64,000 nt of DNA, taken from Planctomycetota bacterium (lineage in GTDB: Bacteria > Planctomycetota > SZUA-567 > H5-PLA8). The DNA lies in contig JBBRPR010000003.1 of the NCBI GenBank assembly GCA_038227875.1, positions 197,028 through 261,027 of the forward strand, read 5' to 3'. The notes beneath the pieces were generated by a model. That model was not told the DNA's origin and did not search any database. It saw only the letters and a program-made list of their open reading frames with translations. The position numbers and the translations under genes were made by a program. Positions 1-10,149 of this stretch are shown here, piece after piece. Each line of letters opens with the position of its first letter. Position 1 is the first letter of the stretch.

Positions 1-431
1 TCGGGATGAGCGAGTTCCAATTGGATCTGCGCCATGACCCGCAAGCTTTCGGCCAGAGCGATCGGGCTTTCGCCGGCCCATTTTCTCCGCAGCTCCAGCG
101 CCTGGTTGCAGAAGGATTCCGCTTGCGCGTAGTGCCCCAGTCCCACGTGGCATTCTGCCAGCCCGTTCAGCGTCCGCGCCGTCTCCGCGTGCCCCAACCC
201 GAGGTGCTGCTGTTGCAGTGCCAGCGCCGCGTTGAAATTCTGTTGAGCAGGAGTGTACTGCTCCAATTTGCGCTGAACTTCCGCGAGAAAAAACAGGCGC
301 GCCGCAAATCCAGCAGGATCCGCCTGCGCCCCCGCTGCAGCCGCATCAACCCGCTTTTGCGCCAGCGGCAACAATTCAACAAACTTGCCCTGGCGAAAGA
401 GCACTTCGCTCGATTCGAAACTGCTGTCCAT
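1..431 (-). CDS. Tetratricopeptide-repeat protein, 5' part (runs off the window edge)
   Basis: Manual translation from ATG at 431: MDSSFESSEVLFRQGKF...LGLGHAETARTLNGLAECHVGLGHYAQAESFCNQALELRRK, a kinesin-light-chain-type TPR motif. Not in the ORF track because it has no stop in the window. Confidence 0.75.
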   Translation of the reverse strand, partial: MDSSFESSEVLFRQGKFVELLPLAQKRVDAAAAGAQADPAGFAARLFFLAEVQRKLEQYTPAQQNFNAALALQQQHLGLGHAETARTLNGLAECHVGLGHYAQAESFCNQALELRRKWAGESPIALAESLRVMAQIQLELAHP

Positions 432-512
432 GCCCCGATTCTAAAAGATCCCTGCGAACCGAAACAGATGTAATTCGTTGTAAAATATGCACCAGTTCGG
501 TATTCCACCTAC

Positions 513-600
513 GCCAGCCCAACGGGCTGAAATGCGAAAGCCAGGGGCGCCGCCCCTGGAAAATAATCCGCGCAATTCAAAAGCTCTGAAAGAGCGAAAT
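513..600. repeat. REP-like cluster of short hairpins
   Basis: CAGCCCAACGGGCTG, CCAGGGGCGCCGCCCCTGG and GCTCTGAAAGAGC hairpins; similar hairpins at 2586-2674. Confidence 0.5.
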
Positions 601-610
601 CGAAGCCACC

Positions 611-1069
611 TCAAAACTTAAGATTCATTTCCCGTATCATTTGAAGTATAGAAATACATTGTACCTTCCTTGCACGACAGACGTCTGGAATTCGGACACG
701 TGATCCTCCAGATCCTTCTTCGCTAACAACAACTGCATTAGCAGCCTCCGCTTGCGCAATCACCCAAGGATCAGCTCCGCTACGATTTTTTTTAGCATCC
801 ACCAATTTCGGGTGGTTATGCATAATCTCTCGAAGAATTACTTGCACGCCATCATCCGGCGCTCGAAAAAAATTGTCTTTCCGATCTTTAGCCCAAGTAA
901 GAAGTCCGTCTTCGACCCTTGTAAGTTCATCGAAGACCTGATCCGTGCAAACAATTCGGCCTTGCGCCGCAAACGCATCAATTCCTTCCCAGTACCCTGG
1001 AAAGACATCTATCGGATACCGCCGATGCCATGGTTCAATGAATGCGTTAGTGTCGAGACAAAAAACCAT
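611..1069 (-). CDS. PIN-fold protein, DUF4411 family (putative toxin/RNase)
   Basis: CLDTNAFI N-terminus, YPIDVFPGYW, ADPWVIAQA, VVSEE and RIPDVC motifs typical of DUF4411. Confidence 0.8.
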   Translation of the reverse strand: MVFCLDTNAFIEPWHRRYPIDVFPGYWEGIDAFAAQGRIVCTDQVFDELTRVEDGLLTWAKDRKDNFFRAPDDGVQVILREIMHNHPKLVDAKKNRSGADPWVIAQAEAANAVVVSEEGSGGSRVRIPDVCRARKVQCISILQMIREMNLKF

Positions 1070-1070
1070 T

Positions 1071-2249
1071 CTATTCCCCGACGGAAATCGTGTTCTTCAT
1101 CTCTTCAAAATATTTAAGTTTCAAATCCAGTAATCCGACCACATCTCCCGTACTCACTAACTCATCTGCGTAGGCTTGGAACACCAAGCGCGGAAAAGCG
1201 CGGCCTGTATCCCTAAGCACCATGGTCACGCGTGGGATTCGCAATTCTTTGACAGACTCTTTCCTGCGGCTGACGAATTCCGCATACTGTTTTCGGTTAA
1301 ACTCACGCGCGTCGACGAAGTCGTCCCACTCGATCATGTGTGCTTGCAACATTCGGCGCGCGATAACGTCTCGACTTACGGAATACAGCCCCGCAAGACC
1401 ATCTATCGCCGCTCGCAAGTTTCCACTCCAGTCAAATCTTTGCGCCTCTTCATTAAAATCTTCAAGCGGGACCAAGCACTCAGCCGCAACAGCATTGCAG
1501 AAAGTTTCGATTTTCTGAACTTCCGTGCTGGGCTGAAAAACTGGCGTCATATCGGACACACCATCAATTCCCAAAAAGATGTGGCAAAGCTCATGCATGA
1601 GTGTGAAGAGACGTCCAGCGTTCGCATCCTGCGAGTTGACCAATACAGCCGGAGCAAATTCGTCTGCGATCGCAAAGCCTCGCATTTCGTCTATAGCCAC
1701 TGTACTTGATTGAAAGACGAGAATCCCTTTAGCCTCTACCGCTTTCTGCCATGTCCGGAAACTATTTTCTACGCTTCTCCACGACTTCTGTTCGGCGATG
1801 TGAATCCCAAACGTTTTGCGCATTCGTTGCGCTAACTGGGTTATTGTTTCTGACTCCGGGCTGCTACCAACAAAAGAACAAACACCAACCGCCATCTCTT
1901 TTCTTAGTTCATGCGCCCATTCCTGCCGTTCCTTTACGCGCCTGATCAAAAATAAAAGTGCCGGTGAAAATTCGACAGGCTCTCCGTCAGGAAGCCGCCT
2001 AAAATCACGAATTGTATCAAATCCACTAGGGGGTTCAGCGAGGTAAAAGACTGCAATTGGACGATGATATAGAGACGCGATCCGCTTCAGTTCGCTAAAC
2101 GTAACCGCTTTTTCACCAGACTCCCATTGTTGTAAAATCACCGTTGAAACTTTAAGTTTTTCGGCCGCCGTTACGGTACTAAATCCAGCAGTCTCGCGTC
2201 CCCAAATCAGAAGATCGGGCGTAATTAGCGCTTTGATCGACTTGGCCAT
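1071..2249 (-). CDS. XRE HTH + ImmA/IrrE (DUF955) Zn metallopeptidase
   Basis: N-terminal HTH (LIWGRETAG...WESGE), FTLMHELCH HExxH motif and IETFCNAVAAE. Start MAKSIKA at 2249 preferred; ORF track starts at 2285. Confidence 0.85.
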   Translation of the reverse strand: MAKSIKALITPDLLIWGRETAGFSTVTAAEKLKVSTVILQQWESGEKAVTFSELKRIASLYHRPIAVFYLAEPPSGFDTIRDFRRLPDGEPVEFSPALLFLIRRVKERQEWAHELRKEMAVGVCSFVGSSPESETITQLAQRMRKTFGIHIAEQKSWRSVENSFRTWQKAVEAKGILVFQSSTVAIDEMRGFAIADEFAPAVLVNSQDANAGRLFTLMHELCHIFLGIDGVSDMTPVFQPSTEVQKIETFCNAVAAECLVPLEDFNEEAQRFDWSGNLRAAIDGLAGLYSVSRDVIARRMLQAHMIEWDDFVDAREFNRKQYAEFVSRRKESVKELRIPRVTMVLRDTGRAFPRLVFQAYADELVSTGDVVGLLDLKLKYFEEMKNTISVGE

Positions 2250-2585
2250 ATTACTCACGATATCGACTTCCTCAGGTAATTCCATAAGAACAAACTTTTA
2301 CAGACGTCTGTAAAAAAGCATACGCACTCGGTAGGAACTAAACGGGGTGATGGGGACCATTTTCTATTAATTCAGAGCTGGTGACGAACGCCCTTCGTGC
2401 GAATTTTCAGGCACGCGCGCGAGTAAAGCTTCGTCTGAGAAATCAGAGAGGCGGATAGACTGCGCGGTGGCCATCGATCGGTCTGTGCGCGCGGGCGTTG
2501 CTTCAGCGATCGGCAGCTTAAGCCCGGCGGGTGACCAACTATCGCGGGTTCTGATAACACCATACACAATTTCCCAGAGCTAGTT

Positions 2586-2674
2586 CGGGCCTTCAGCCCT
2601 AAACCGAGACGGATGGAGCGATAGGCTCTGGGGCGTTGCCCCAGTCTGGTATAGCGCCGGGCCTTCGGCCCTCA
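2586..2674. repeat. REP-like hairpin cluster
   Basis: GGGCCTTCAGCCC, CTGGGGCGTTGCCCCAG and GGGCCTTCGGCCC hairpins. Confidence 0.5.
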
Positions 2675-3252
2675 GTCCGGCTAAAGGTTGTCGGTGGTCG
2701 GTCGGGGGTTCCGGCGTAGACGTCCGCACTATGGCTGCGTAGTTCCTCGTCCGAGTTCAACCACCGATCCGACCAAAAGTGGTCGGTAACAGCATCATCC
2801 GCGCTTCGCGTCCAGCATAGCCAAAAACGCGTCCGCAGAAGCCTCTGCGCCACTCCGCAACCTCAACCCGATGGAAATGCCATTCGACACCTCAACCCCT
2901 CCCCAGCCCCACAGAACGCAAATCACGCGATCCCCCGAAGGAATTCAAACTACCCCAAATCGCCCGCACCTCGAGCACCCGCTGCATCACCTATCTTATA
3001 AAATCTTTTTATCAAATCTTCAAAATAACACTTGACTTTTGCATTCAATGACCGCTTATATAGTATAGGAAATTATGCGATGCTCTCTTTCAAACGTGCC
3101 TGCCAATAGTCGGGACATCGATTTATCGCAACGCTGCTACCGACAACTTTTAGCCGGACTCATCGTTCGAACTCGCGAACGCCCGCACGTCAAGGATTCC
3201 GCTCTGCATATGCAGTACGCTCCCAACCGACCACCGACCACTTTCGCCGGAC
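2675..3252. repeat. CCGACCACTTTTAGCCGGAC-family dispersed repeat, inverted arrangement
   Basis: Minus-strand copy at 2675-2706, plus-strand copies at 3140-3159 and 3234-3252; further copies at 14098-14124, 32761-32780 and 32846-32865. Confidence 0.7.
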
Positions 3253-3317
3253 GGATCTGGACAAGTCAAACCACCGTTGCATGCTCGATGTGCATCTATG
3301 AAGGAGGCCCAAATCCG

Positions 3318-3345
3318 GTAACATTTTGTAACATTCTGTCACATG
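3318..3345 (+). promoter_or_regulatory. Triple direct repeat GTAACA with 10-bp period (putative regulator binding site)
   Basis: GTAACATTTT GTAACATTCT GTCACATG, 75 nt before the kinase start; the same motif occurs at 32947-32974. Confidence 0.5.
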
Positions 3346-3419
3346 CACCGCGTTCTTCCCCGCGAGGTGCACGATCTTCAACCTTGACAGGCTCGCGAAA
3401 GAAGCTTAAACCACTACCT

Positions 3420-4871
3420 ATGGCAACGTCCGTTCCCACCGAACAGATTCAATTCGCGCAAGTCGCGGCCAGCCAGCATTTTGTCACGCCCGAACAGGTC
3501 CGCGCCGGCATCGCGCTCTACCAGCGCTACGTCAACGCCGGGGGCGAAGTGCCCTCCATGGCGCGCATCCTCGTCGGCAAGGGCTGGCTCAGCGCCTCGC
3601 AAGGCACCATGGTCCTCCGCCACCTGATGGAAGGCGGAGCGTTGCCCGTGCAGGTCCAGAACGGCAATGGGCACAACGGCCTCCACGGCAGCAACCCCGA
3701 CGAATCCGTCGACGCGCCGATGGAAATCGAAACCGACGAACCGCCCCAGGCGGCCATCGCGTCGGGCGAAGTCCCGCAGATCGGTTCGGCCGACTTCGAA
3801 GCCATGGACGACCTGGGACTCGAACCGCCCGGCTCGAACATCGACCTCCCTGTCAGCTCCGGCGTCGCCGCGCCCGTGGTCGACGAACGCCAGGCGCTGA
3901 TCCAGGGCCTCGGTGCAACGGTGCTCCGCAAAGAACTCAAAGACATCAAGGGCTACAAGATCACCCAGGTGATCGGCGAAGGCTCGATGGGCATCGTCTA
4001 CAAAGCGCATCAGATCTCCATGGACCGCACCGTCGCGCTGAAAGTGCTGCCGGCGGAGAAGACCAAGGACCAGCGCTTCGTCGAAGAATTCCTGACGCAG
4101 GCTCGAGCCATGGGCCGCTTGAATCATCCGAATCTGATCCGCGTGCATGAAGTCGGCAAGAGCGGCGAGACGTACTACTACTCGATGGAATACGTCGACG
4201 GCCAGCGCCTCGACGAATGGATGGACGAATGCGAAGGCGGACGGCTGGACGCGAAGGAGGCCGTGAAGGTCTTCGTCCAGATTGCCGCGGCGCTGGACTA
4301 CGGTTTCCGCGCCGGCGTGATCCACCGCGAAATCCGCCCCAACTCGGTGCTCGTCGGCGACGACGGGCAGGCGAAGCTCTCCGAACTGGGACTGACCAAG
4401 GACGAACACACCCGCTTCCTCGACGGCGAGAACGCATACTACGTCGCGCCCGAACAGGCCAAGGGCCTGCCGGTCAACACGCAAGCGGACATCTACTCGC
4501 TGGGCTGCTGTCTCTTCCACTGCCTCACCGGCGAGCCGCCATTCCAGGGTGGCAGCCCCAAGGAAGTGCTCTCGCGCCGCCTGGTCGCCGTCACGCCCGA
4601 CCCGCGCGAACTGAATCCGGATCTGCCGCAGAGTCTCGCGGACGTGGTGATGCGGATGATGGCGCGCGAATCCAAGGAGCGTTTCCAGACGCCCGCCGAA
4701 ATCGCCGAGGCGCTGAAGAAGGTGCAGTTCGGATTGAGCTCCATCGCCAAAAAACCGCAGGTCGGCCAGATCAAGCGCCCCCTGCGTCCCGGCCAGCGCC
4801 GCCCGCTCGGTGGGGCCAACGGCCGGCGGCCGAACCGGTCGGGGAATCGGAATAATAAGTATCGACGATAG
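3420..4871 (+). CDS. Ser/Thr protein kinase-like protein, probable pseudokinase
   Basis: IGEGSMGIVY, VALK, YVAPEQ and DIYSLG are present, but HREIRPNS replaces HRDxKPxN and ELG replaces DFG. Start MATSVP at 3420. Confidence 0.85.
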   Translation: MATSVPTEQIQFAQVAASQHFVTPEQVRAGIALYQRYVNAGGEVPSMARILVGKGWLSASQGTMVLRHLMEGGALPVQVQNGNGHNGLHGSNPDESVDAPMEIETDEPPQAAIASGEVPQIGSADFEAMDDLGLEPPGSNIDLPVSSGVAAPVVDERQALIQGLGATVLRKELKDIKGYKITQVIGEGSMGIVYKAHQISMDRTVALKVLPAEKTKDQRFVEEFLTQARAMGRLNHPNLIRVHEVGKSGETYYYSMEYVDGQRLDEWMDECEGGRLDAKEAVKVFVQIAAALDYGFRAGVIHREIRPNSVLVGDDGQAKLSELGLTKDEHTRFLDGENAYYVAPEQAKGLPVNTQADIYSLGCCLFHCLTGEPPFQGGSPKEVLSRRLVAVTPDPRELNPDLPQSLADVVMRMMARESKERFQTPAEIAEALKKVQFGLSSIAKKPQVGQIKRPLRPGQRRPLGGANGRRPNRSGNRNNKYRR

Positions 4872-5016
4872 GACGAGGATTGAGATACCGCACGAAGCTA
4901 TTGCCGTTCCATAATTTTTGACACATTCAAAGGGATTCCTTAAGCACGGTTTCCGTTCAGGCCTGAGCGCGAACCTCAGTCCTCGGCCCTCAGTCCTTCT
5001 GTTAGGAGCGCAGCGA

Positions 5017-5817
5017 ATGAAGCCCGGCATCACCCAACTCTGCCTGCCCCGCAAGAACTTTCAGGAAGACCTCCAGCAGGCGAAATCCTGCGGCTACGAA
5101 GCGATCGAGCTGGTCTTCTCCGACGACAAAAATCACGCCGGACCGTCGATCGACGCGTCGCCTCAAGAACTAAAAGACGTCAAGAAAGCCTGCGACGCGG
5201 CGGAACTGGAAATCTGTTCGCTCATCGCCACGCGTACCGACTCCGGATCCCTGCTCTCGCCCAAAGAGAGCGAACGTGAAAAGCGCAGCGCGGTTTTAAG
5301 GCGCGGACTGGAGATCGCCCAGGCGCTGAAGATCGACGGGATGCTCCTCCATCCGGGCATGCTGGAAGCGGCCGACACCTACGAACGCGCCTGGAACGAC
5401 TGCCGCGACGCGTTGAAGAAACTCGCCCCTGTCGCCGAAAAAAGCGGCTGCGCCATCGCGATCGAAAACGTCTGGAACAAATTCCTGCTCTCGCCCCGCG
5501 AAGCGCGCCAGTTCATCGATGACGTCGGCTCGCCGTGGATCGGCTTCTACCTCGACACCGCCAATCTGCTCCACTACGGCTTCACCGAGATGTGGATCAA
5601 GGAACTCCAGCACCGCATCAAAAAAGTTCACGTCAAGGAATACAAACGCCAGGGCGCGCAGTGGCTGCAGCTGATGGACGGCGACTGCAACTGGAAAGCG
5701 ACGATGACCGAACTGCGCGCCATCGGCTTCGATGGCGCCTTGGTCAGCGAAGTCGGCGGCGACGTGGAGAAGCAGACGGAGACGGTGAACCGGATACGGA
5801 AGATTATGGCTCTCTGA
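5017..5817 (+). CDS. Sugar phosphate isomerase/epimerase (xylose isomerase-like TIM barrel)
   Basis: IAIENVWNKFLLSP, YLDTAN and VHVKE motifs; RBS AGGAG before ATG 5017. Confidence 0.85.
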   Translation: MKPGITQLCLPRKNFQEDLQQAKSCGYEAIELVFSDDKNHAGPSIDASPQELKDVKKACDAAELEICSLIATRTDSGSLLSPKESEREKRSAVLRRGLEIAQALKIDGMLLHPGMLEAADTYERAWNDCRDALKKLAPVAEKSGCAIAIENVWNKFLLSPREARQFIDDVGSPWIGFYLDTANLLHYGFTEMWIKELQHRIKKVHVKEYKRQGAQWLQLMDGDCNWKATMTELRAIGFDGALVSEVGGDVEKQTETVNRIRKIMAL

Positions 5818-6244
5818 AGAAAGTATCTGTTTTGAATATCAGCGCAATTTTTAAGGAGGTACATTAGCCAACGGCGAAGCGCCGTTAAATGAAAAATGAC
5901 CGATGACCCATGACTCATTTCCGTTTATCGCGTCGGCAATACGTCCCTTATTGGACCAATTAGCTTCTCGTTAGTAAGGTTATAAGCGGTGCAGGTTGCG
6001 ACAGTTGTGCCGCGGGAATGGCCGATAATATTTTTATTGCACGTAGCGCATTGACCCAGACCAACTTACCGAATACGATATGCACAATGTGTTGTTGGCG
6101 CACGGCGTTTGCTTTTTACGTTTGCCGACACGGCACCTTGAAGACGCACAAGCAGGTTTTTCCGGTCTTGTGAATCGTGGAAGCTGTGTAGGATCAGCGG
6201 CTTACGTTTTAAGCTATCCGCAACGCGGACGGGACGGTGATGTG

Positions 6245-7864
6245 ATGGCTGCAATGGACGGCGACGAAACAAAGAAGGCGGCGCAGAGCGCCGTGGAGTC
6301 GGGGCTCTCTCCGGCGGTGCCGGGGGAACTGGCACCCGTGAACGCCGATGCGGAAGCCGAGGCGAAAGCCAAAGCGCGCAGCGGACGCTCGTCGTCGCTG
6401 CCGGCCAGCCTGCGCGTCTCCCCTCAGTTGAACGCCCTCTGCCAGCGCGCCGCCACCGGTGCCTCCGAAGACATCAAGCGCCTGGCGCAGTGGTCGGCCC
6501 TGGTCGAACACGAAGCGGAAATCCTGCGCAAACGCCTGCGCAAGCAGCAGCACGATTTCGCGACACTTTTTGAAATCGTCGGCCAAACCTCGGCTCGAGC
6601 CCTGGACGTGGCGGCGATGCAGACTTATCTCCTCCGCACCGTCTCCGGACATTTCGCCACGCCGCGGTTGCTGATCGTACGGAGGCTCCTGGCCGAAGAC
6701 CGAGCGCTGACCTGTTCAGCGGCTCAGGGGGTGCGCGACGCCAAGGTGACGCTGCCCACCGACGGGCTGCTGTGCCAGTTTGCACTGGAACGCCGCTTCT
6801 GTTTCTTCCTCAATGAAGTGCCCAAGGCCGCGCTGGAATCCCCCGACGCCGCGGGCCTGAAAGACCTGGGACTCGACCTGGTCGTGCCGCTGGTTCAGGA
6901 CGTCGAAGCGCCCGGCGCGGTGCTGGAAGGATTGCTGCTACTGGGGCCGCGGCTCTCGCGCCAGCCGTTCACCGAAGAGGACCTGGAGTTTCTGAACATC
7001 CTGGCCAAGATGCTGGCCATCTGCCTGCGCAACGAAGCGCTCTACCGCCGTTCGATCATCGACGACCTGACCGGCGTGGCCTCCCGCGGCCACTTCGAAG
7101 CGCAGCTCTCGCAGGAACTCAACCGCATCGCCACCTACGGCCACCGCAGCCTGGGGCTGGTGCTGCTGGACATCGATCACTTCAAGAACGTCAACGACAC
7201 GCACGGTCACCAGAGCGGCGATCGGGTCTTGCAGGAACTTTCGCGGCTGCTGGTGCGCCAGGTCCGCACCGTCGATCTCGTGGCGCGCTACGGCGGCGAA
7301 GAGTTCGCGGTGATCCTGCTGGAAATCGACCGGCCCAAGGTGCTGGAAGTCGCCGGGCGTCTGCGCCAGGCCGTGGAGGATTTGAAAATCCAGTCGGCTC
7401 AAGGGGTGGATTTACAGATTACCGCCAGTTTCGGCCTGGCCTGTTTCCCCGACGACGCGACCGACCGCGGCATGCTGATTCAACTGGCCGACGAGGCGCT
7501 GTACAAATCCAAGAGCGGCGGGCGTAACCGCGTGACGATGACCGAACCGGGGTCGGGCTTGAACCGCTCCATGGCCAACCAAGTCCGGCCCATCGCCGTG
7601 CCGCTCTCGATGGGGGCGGGCGTCGGAGCTCCCCGGTTGCCGGGAATTCCGGGAGCGGCTCCGGCCGGCACCTTCGGCGCGCGCTCACGGCCGCAGGCGT
7701 CGCCCTCCGGCGGCGACGACATGGCGCGTCTGAAACAGGAACGCGACGCGCTACTGCTGACCTCCGGCCAAGCGGCCGCTCAGGCGGAGCTGACCATCGT
7801 TCCGAGCACGCCCGGTCCGCCGCGCAAGCGCTCGGGATCCGAACGGCGCCGGCGGAAGGGATAG
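6245..7864 (+). CDS. Diguanylate cyclase with GAF-like sensor domain
   Basis: DDLTG, DIDHFKNVND, RTVD I-site, RYGGEEF and ADEALY motifs; start approximate. Confidence 0.9.
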   Translation: MAAMDGDETKKAAQSAVESGLSPAVPGELAPVNADAEAEAKAKARSGRSSSLPASLRVSPQLNALCQRAATGASEDIKRLAQWSALVEHEAEILRKRLRKQQHDFATLFEIVGQTSARALDVAAMQTYLLRTVSGHFATPRLLIVRRLLAEDRALTCSAAQGVRDAKVTLPTDGLLCQFALERRFCFFLNEVPKAALESPDAAGLKDLGLDLVVPLVQDVEAPGAVLEGLLLLGPRLSRQPFTEEDLEFLNILAKMLAICLRNEALYRRSIIDDLTGVASRGHFEAQLSQELNRIATYGHRSLGLVLLDIDHFKNVNDTHGHQSGDRVLQELSRLLVRQVRTVDLVARYGGEEFAVILLEIDRPKVLEVAGRLRQAVEDLKIQSAQGVDLQITASFGLACFPDDATDRGMLIQLADEALYKSKSGGRNRVTMTEPGSGLNRSMANQVRPIAVPLSMGAGVGAPRLPGIPGAAPAGTFGARSRPQASPSGGDDMARLKQERDALLLTSGQAAAQAELTIVPSTPGPPRKRSGSERRRRKG

Positions 7865-8163
7865 AAAAGAGCTGCAATCGCTTTTGCTTTTGAAGGCTGA
7901 GTGTGCAGGCGGTGGCACGAGGACTTCGGCGGTTCACACGTGCGTAGAATTTTGAATGCGTGGCGTTGAAATGAGTGTTTTTGATTTCTAATTCTTAGAC
8001 TTTAAATTACTCTAACGTTTGCTGTTAGAACTCGCGGAAGAACAGATTGCGCGTCGCGCGCCACACAGTGCGCGTGATGGTTGATGATGCTTGAAAAAGT
8101 GCAGGCTCGTGAAGCGCCGGTGAAAATCGGCACAGCCTGATCAGGGAGGTCGAAAAAAAGTCC

Positions 8164-10149
8164 GTGGCACTGTCGCGCCGCAGCACCAAAACGGGACACA
8201 AGCCCGCTCCCGCCGCCCCTGCCGCTCCGGCCGCTGATGACAGCGAAGTCGAAGAAGTCTCGTCGGCCGACGAAATCAGCTCCGAGCCCGAAGAAGTGAT
8301 GGCCCCGGCTCCTGCGCCCGCTCACGGAAACAATCCCCGCGCAGCTCGAGCCAGTGGTGCGACGGCGCAGCCGCGGACCACCCCCTCGATGCGCCCGCCC
8401 AAACGCAAATCCCCCAGCGGCCGGCGCAAGGAAACTCCCTCTCACGGCGGTGAAGACGGTGGCAGCGAAGGCTTGACGCGCTCGGCCCGCAGCACCACGC
8501 GCGGCGGGGCCGGAAGAGAAGGGGAATCGATCGGAGCTCTGCGGCGGCGCGGCTGGTCGCTGGCGATGAAATTCTCGATCTTCACCCTGCTGGTCTCCGT
8601 CCTGATCACCATGCTCTTTGGCGTCTTCTCGATCCGCGACCTGCGCGCTCACATGCTCGAAGAAATCATCCGTTCCGGCTACCAGGACGTGCTGGTCCTG
8701 AACGCCTTCGGCCAGCACGTGGTCAAGGACATGATCGGCAAACGCGACGCGGAATTTTCCAGCCTCGTCGGCCGCTACCGCGACCCGGCCAATCCCGAGT
8801 ACAAAAAGGACCGCGATTACCTGCGCCGCATCCGCGACGGCGACCCGCGCATCCAGGACGTGGCCATCTTCGGATCGGCCAGCGCCTCAAACGACCCGGC
8901 CTCGCCGATCGTGCGCGCCTCCGACGGCGACGCCACGCCTTCCACGGCCAACAGTTTCACTCACGGGCAGCTGGTGCAGACCAACTACGCCGACAAGGGT
9001 GCCAACGTCTACTGGATCGAATACGGCGGCAAGAGCTGCCTGCTGTTCCGCGTGCCGCTGGAACCCGCTCCGGGCACCGATTCCGAAAAGATGTATTCGT
9101 CTGCCAGCATTGTGCTCTCGGCCAGCGCCATCGATGAAGAGGTGGGCAAGCTGACTAAAAATCTGGTCATGGTCGGGCTGCTGTTTGTCGGCGCCGGCGT
9201 GGGCCTCTCGATGGCGATGGGCTTCCGCATCACCCAGCCGATCAACGGCCTGGTCGAAGACATCAACATCGTCTCGCAGGGCGACCTGGACCACGAGAGC
9301 ACCGTGCCCAGCGAAACGCAGGACGAAATCGGACTGCTGGCGATGGCCTTCAACCGCATGACGCGCAACCTGCGCGAAGCCCGCGAGAAGGAACGCGATT
9401 CGGAGCGCATCGCCAGCGAACTGAATACGGCTCAGGCCATTCACGCCAAGCTGATGCCTGAAAAACTGCCCAACCTGCCGGGCATCGACATCTCCACCGC
9501 CTACCACTGCGCCAAGGAAGTGGGCGGCGACTACTACGATTTCATCCCCGTCGGCGACGCCGAACATCTGGCCTTCGTGGTGGCCGACGTGGCCGGCAAG
9601 GGCATCCCCGGCTCGATGGTGATGGGGCAGATGCGCACGGTCCTGCGCATGATGGCCGTCAACAACATGTCGGCGATGGATGTGCTTTCCAAGACCAATT
9701 TCCACGTCGCGCGCGACATCAAGCGCGGCATGTTCGTCACCGCCATGTACGCGATTTTAAATCTGCGCACCCGCGACATGACCGTGGCCTCCGCCGGCCA
9801 CAACCCGATGCTGATCTGGCGCGCCGCCACCAACACGATCGAAAAAGTGCGCCCCAACGGCATCGCTTTAGGGTTCGACAAGGGTCCCGTCTTCAACCGC
9901 ACCATCCGCGAACAAAAGGTGAGGTTGCTCCACGGCGACCGCGTGGTGCTCTATACCGACGGCGTGGTCGAAGCGATGAACGAAGACCGCGACGAATGGG
10001 GCGACGAAGCGCTCGACGCCTTTACTCTGAAATACGCCACCGCCCCGTCGAACGAATACGTGCGCTTGCTGGTCAAAGCGCTGGAAGACCATAAAGGCCG
10101 CGCCGAACAGCACGATGATATTACGATCACCACGTTCCGCATCGTGTAA
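8164..10149 (+). CDS. Membrane HAMP + PP2C/SpoIIE phosphatase (RsbU-like)
   Basis: Two TM segments, HAMP (DEIGLLAMAFNRM), VGGDYYD, ADVAGKG, AGHNP, YTDGVVEA and DDIT motifs. Confidence 0.9.
   Translation: MALSRRSTKTGHKPAPAAPAAPAADDSEVEEVSSADEISSEPEEVMAPAPAPAHGNNPRAARASGATAQPRTTPSMRPPKRKSPSGRRKETPSHGGEDGGSEGLTRSARSTTRGGAGREGESIGALRRRGWSLAMKFSIFTLLVSVLITMLFGVFSIRDLRAHMLEEIIRSGYQDVLVLNAFGQHVVKDMIGKRDAEFSSLVGRYRDPANPEYKKDRDYLRRIRDGDPRIQDVAIFGSASASNDPASPIVRASDGDATPSTANSFTHGQLVQTNYADKGANVYWIEYGGKSCLLFRVPLEPAPGTDSEKMYSSASIVLSASAIDEEVGKLTKNLVMVGLLFVGAGVGLSMAMGFRITQPINGLVEDINIVSQGDLDHESTVPSETQDEIGLLAMAFNRMTRNLREAREKERDSERIASELNTAQAIHAKLMPEKLPNLPGIDISTAYHCAKEVGGDYYDFIPVGDAEHLAFVVADVAGKGIPGSMVMGQMRTVLRMMAVNNMSAMDVLSKTNFHVARDIKRGMFVTAMYAILNLRTRDMTVASAGHNPMLIWRAATNTIEKVRPNGIALGFDKGPVFNRTIREQKVRLLHGDRVVLYTDGVVEAMNEDRDEWGDEALDAFTLKYATAPSNEYVRLLVKALEDHKGRAEQHDDITITTFRIV

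Noticed and set aside
2367..2569. Small ORFs upstream of the XRE-peptidase gene
   Set aside because: Short, no motif or RBS; possibly a gene remnant but unsupported.
3032..3064. Sigma70 promoter TTGACT...TATAGT
   Set aside because: The spacer to the best -10 is 19-21 nt, too long to support.
3075..3419. N-terminal extension of the kinase ORF
   Set aside because: It translates the repeat cassette; ATG 3420 is more plausible. Similar over-extended starts were trimmed for several other genes.
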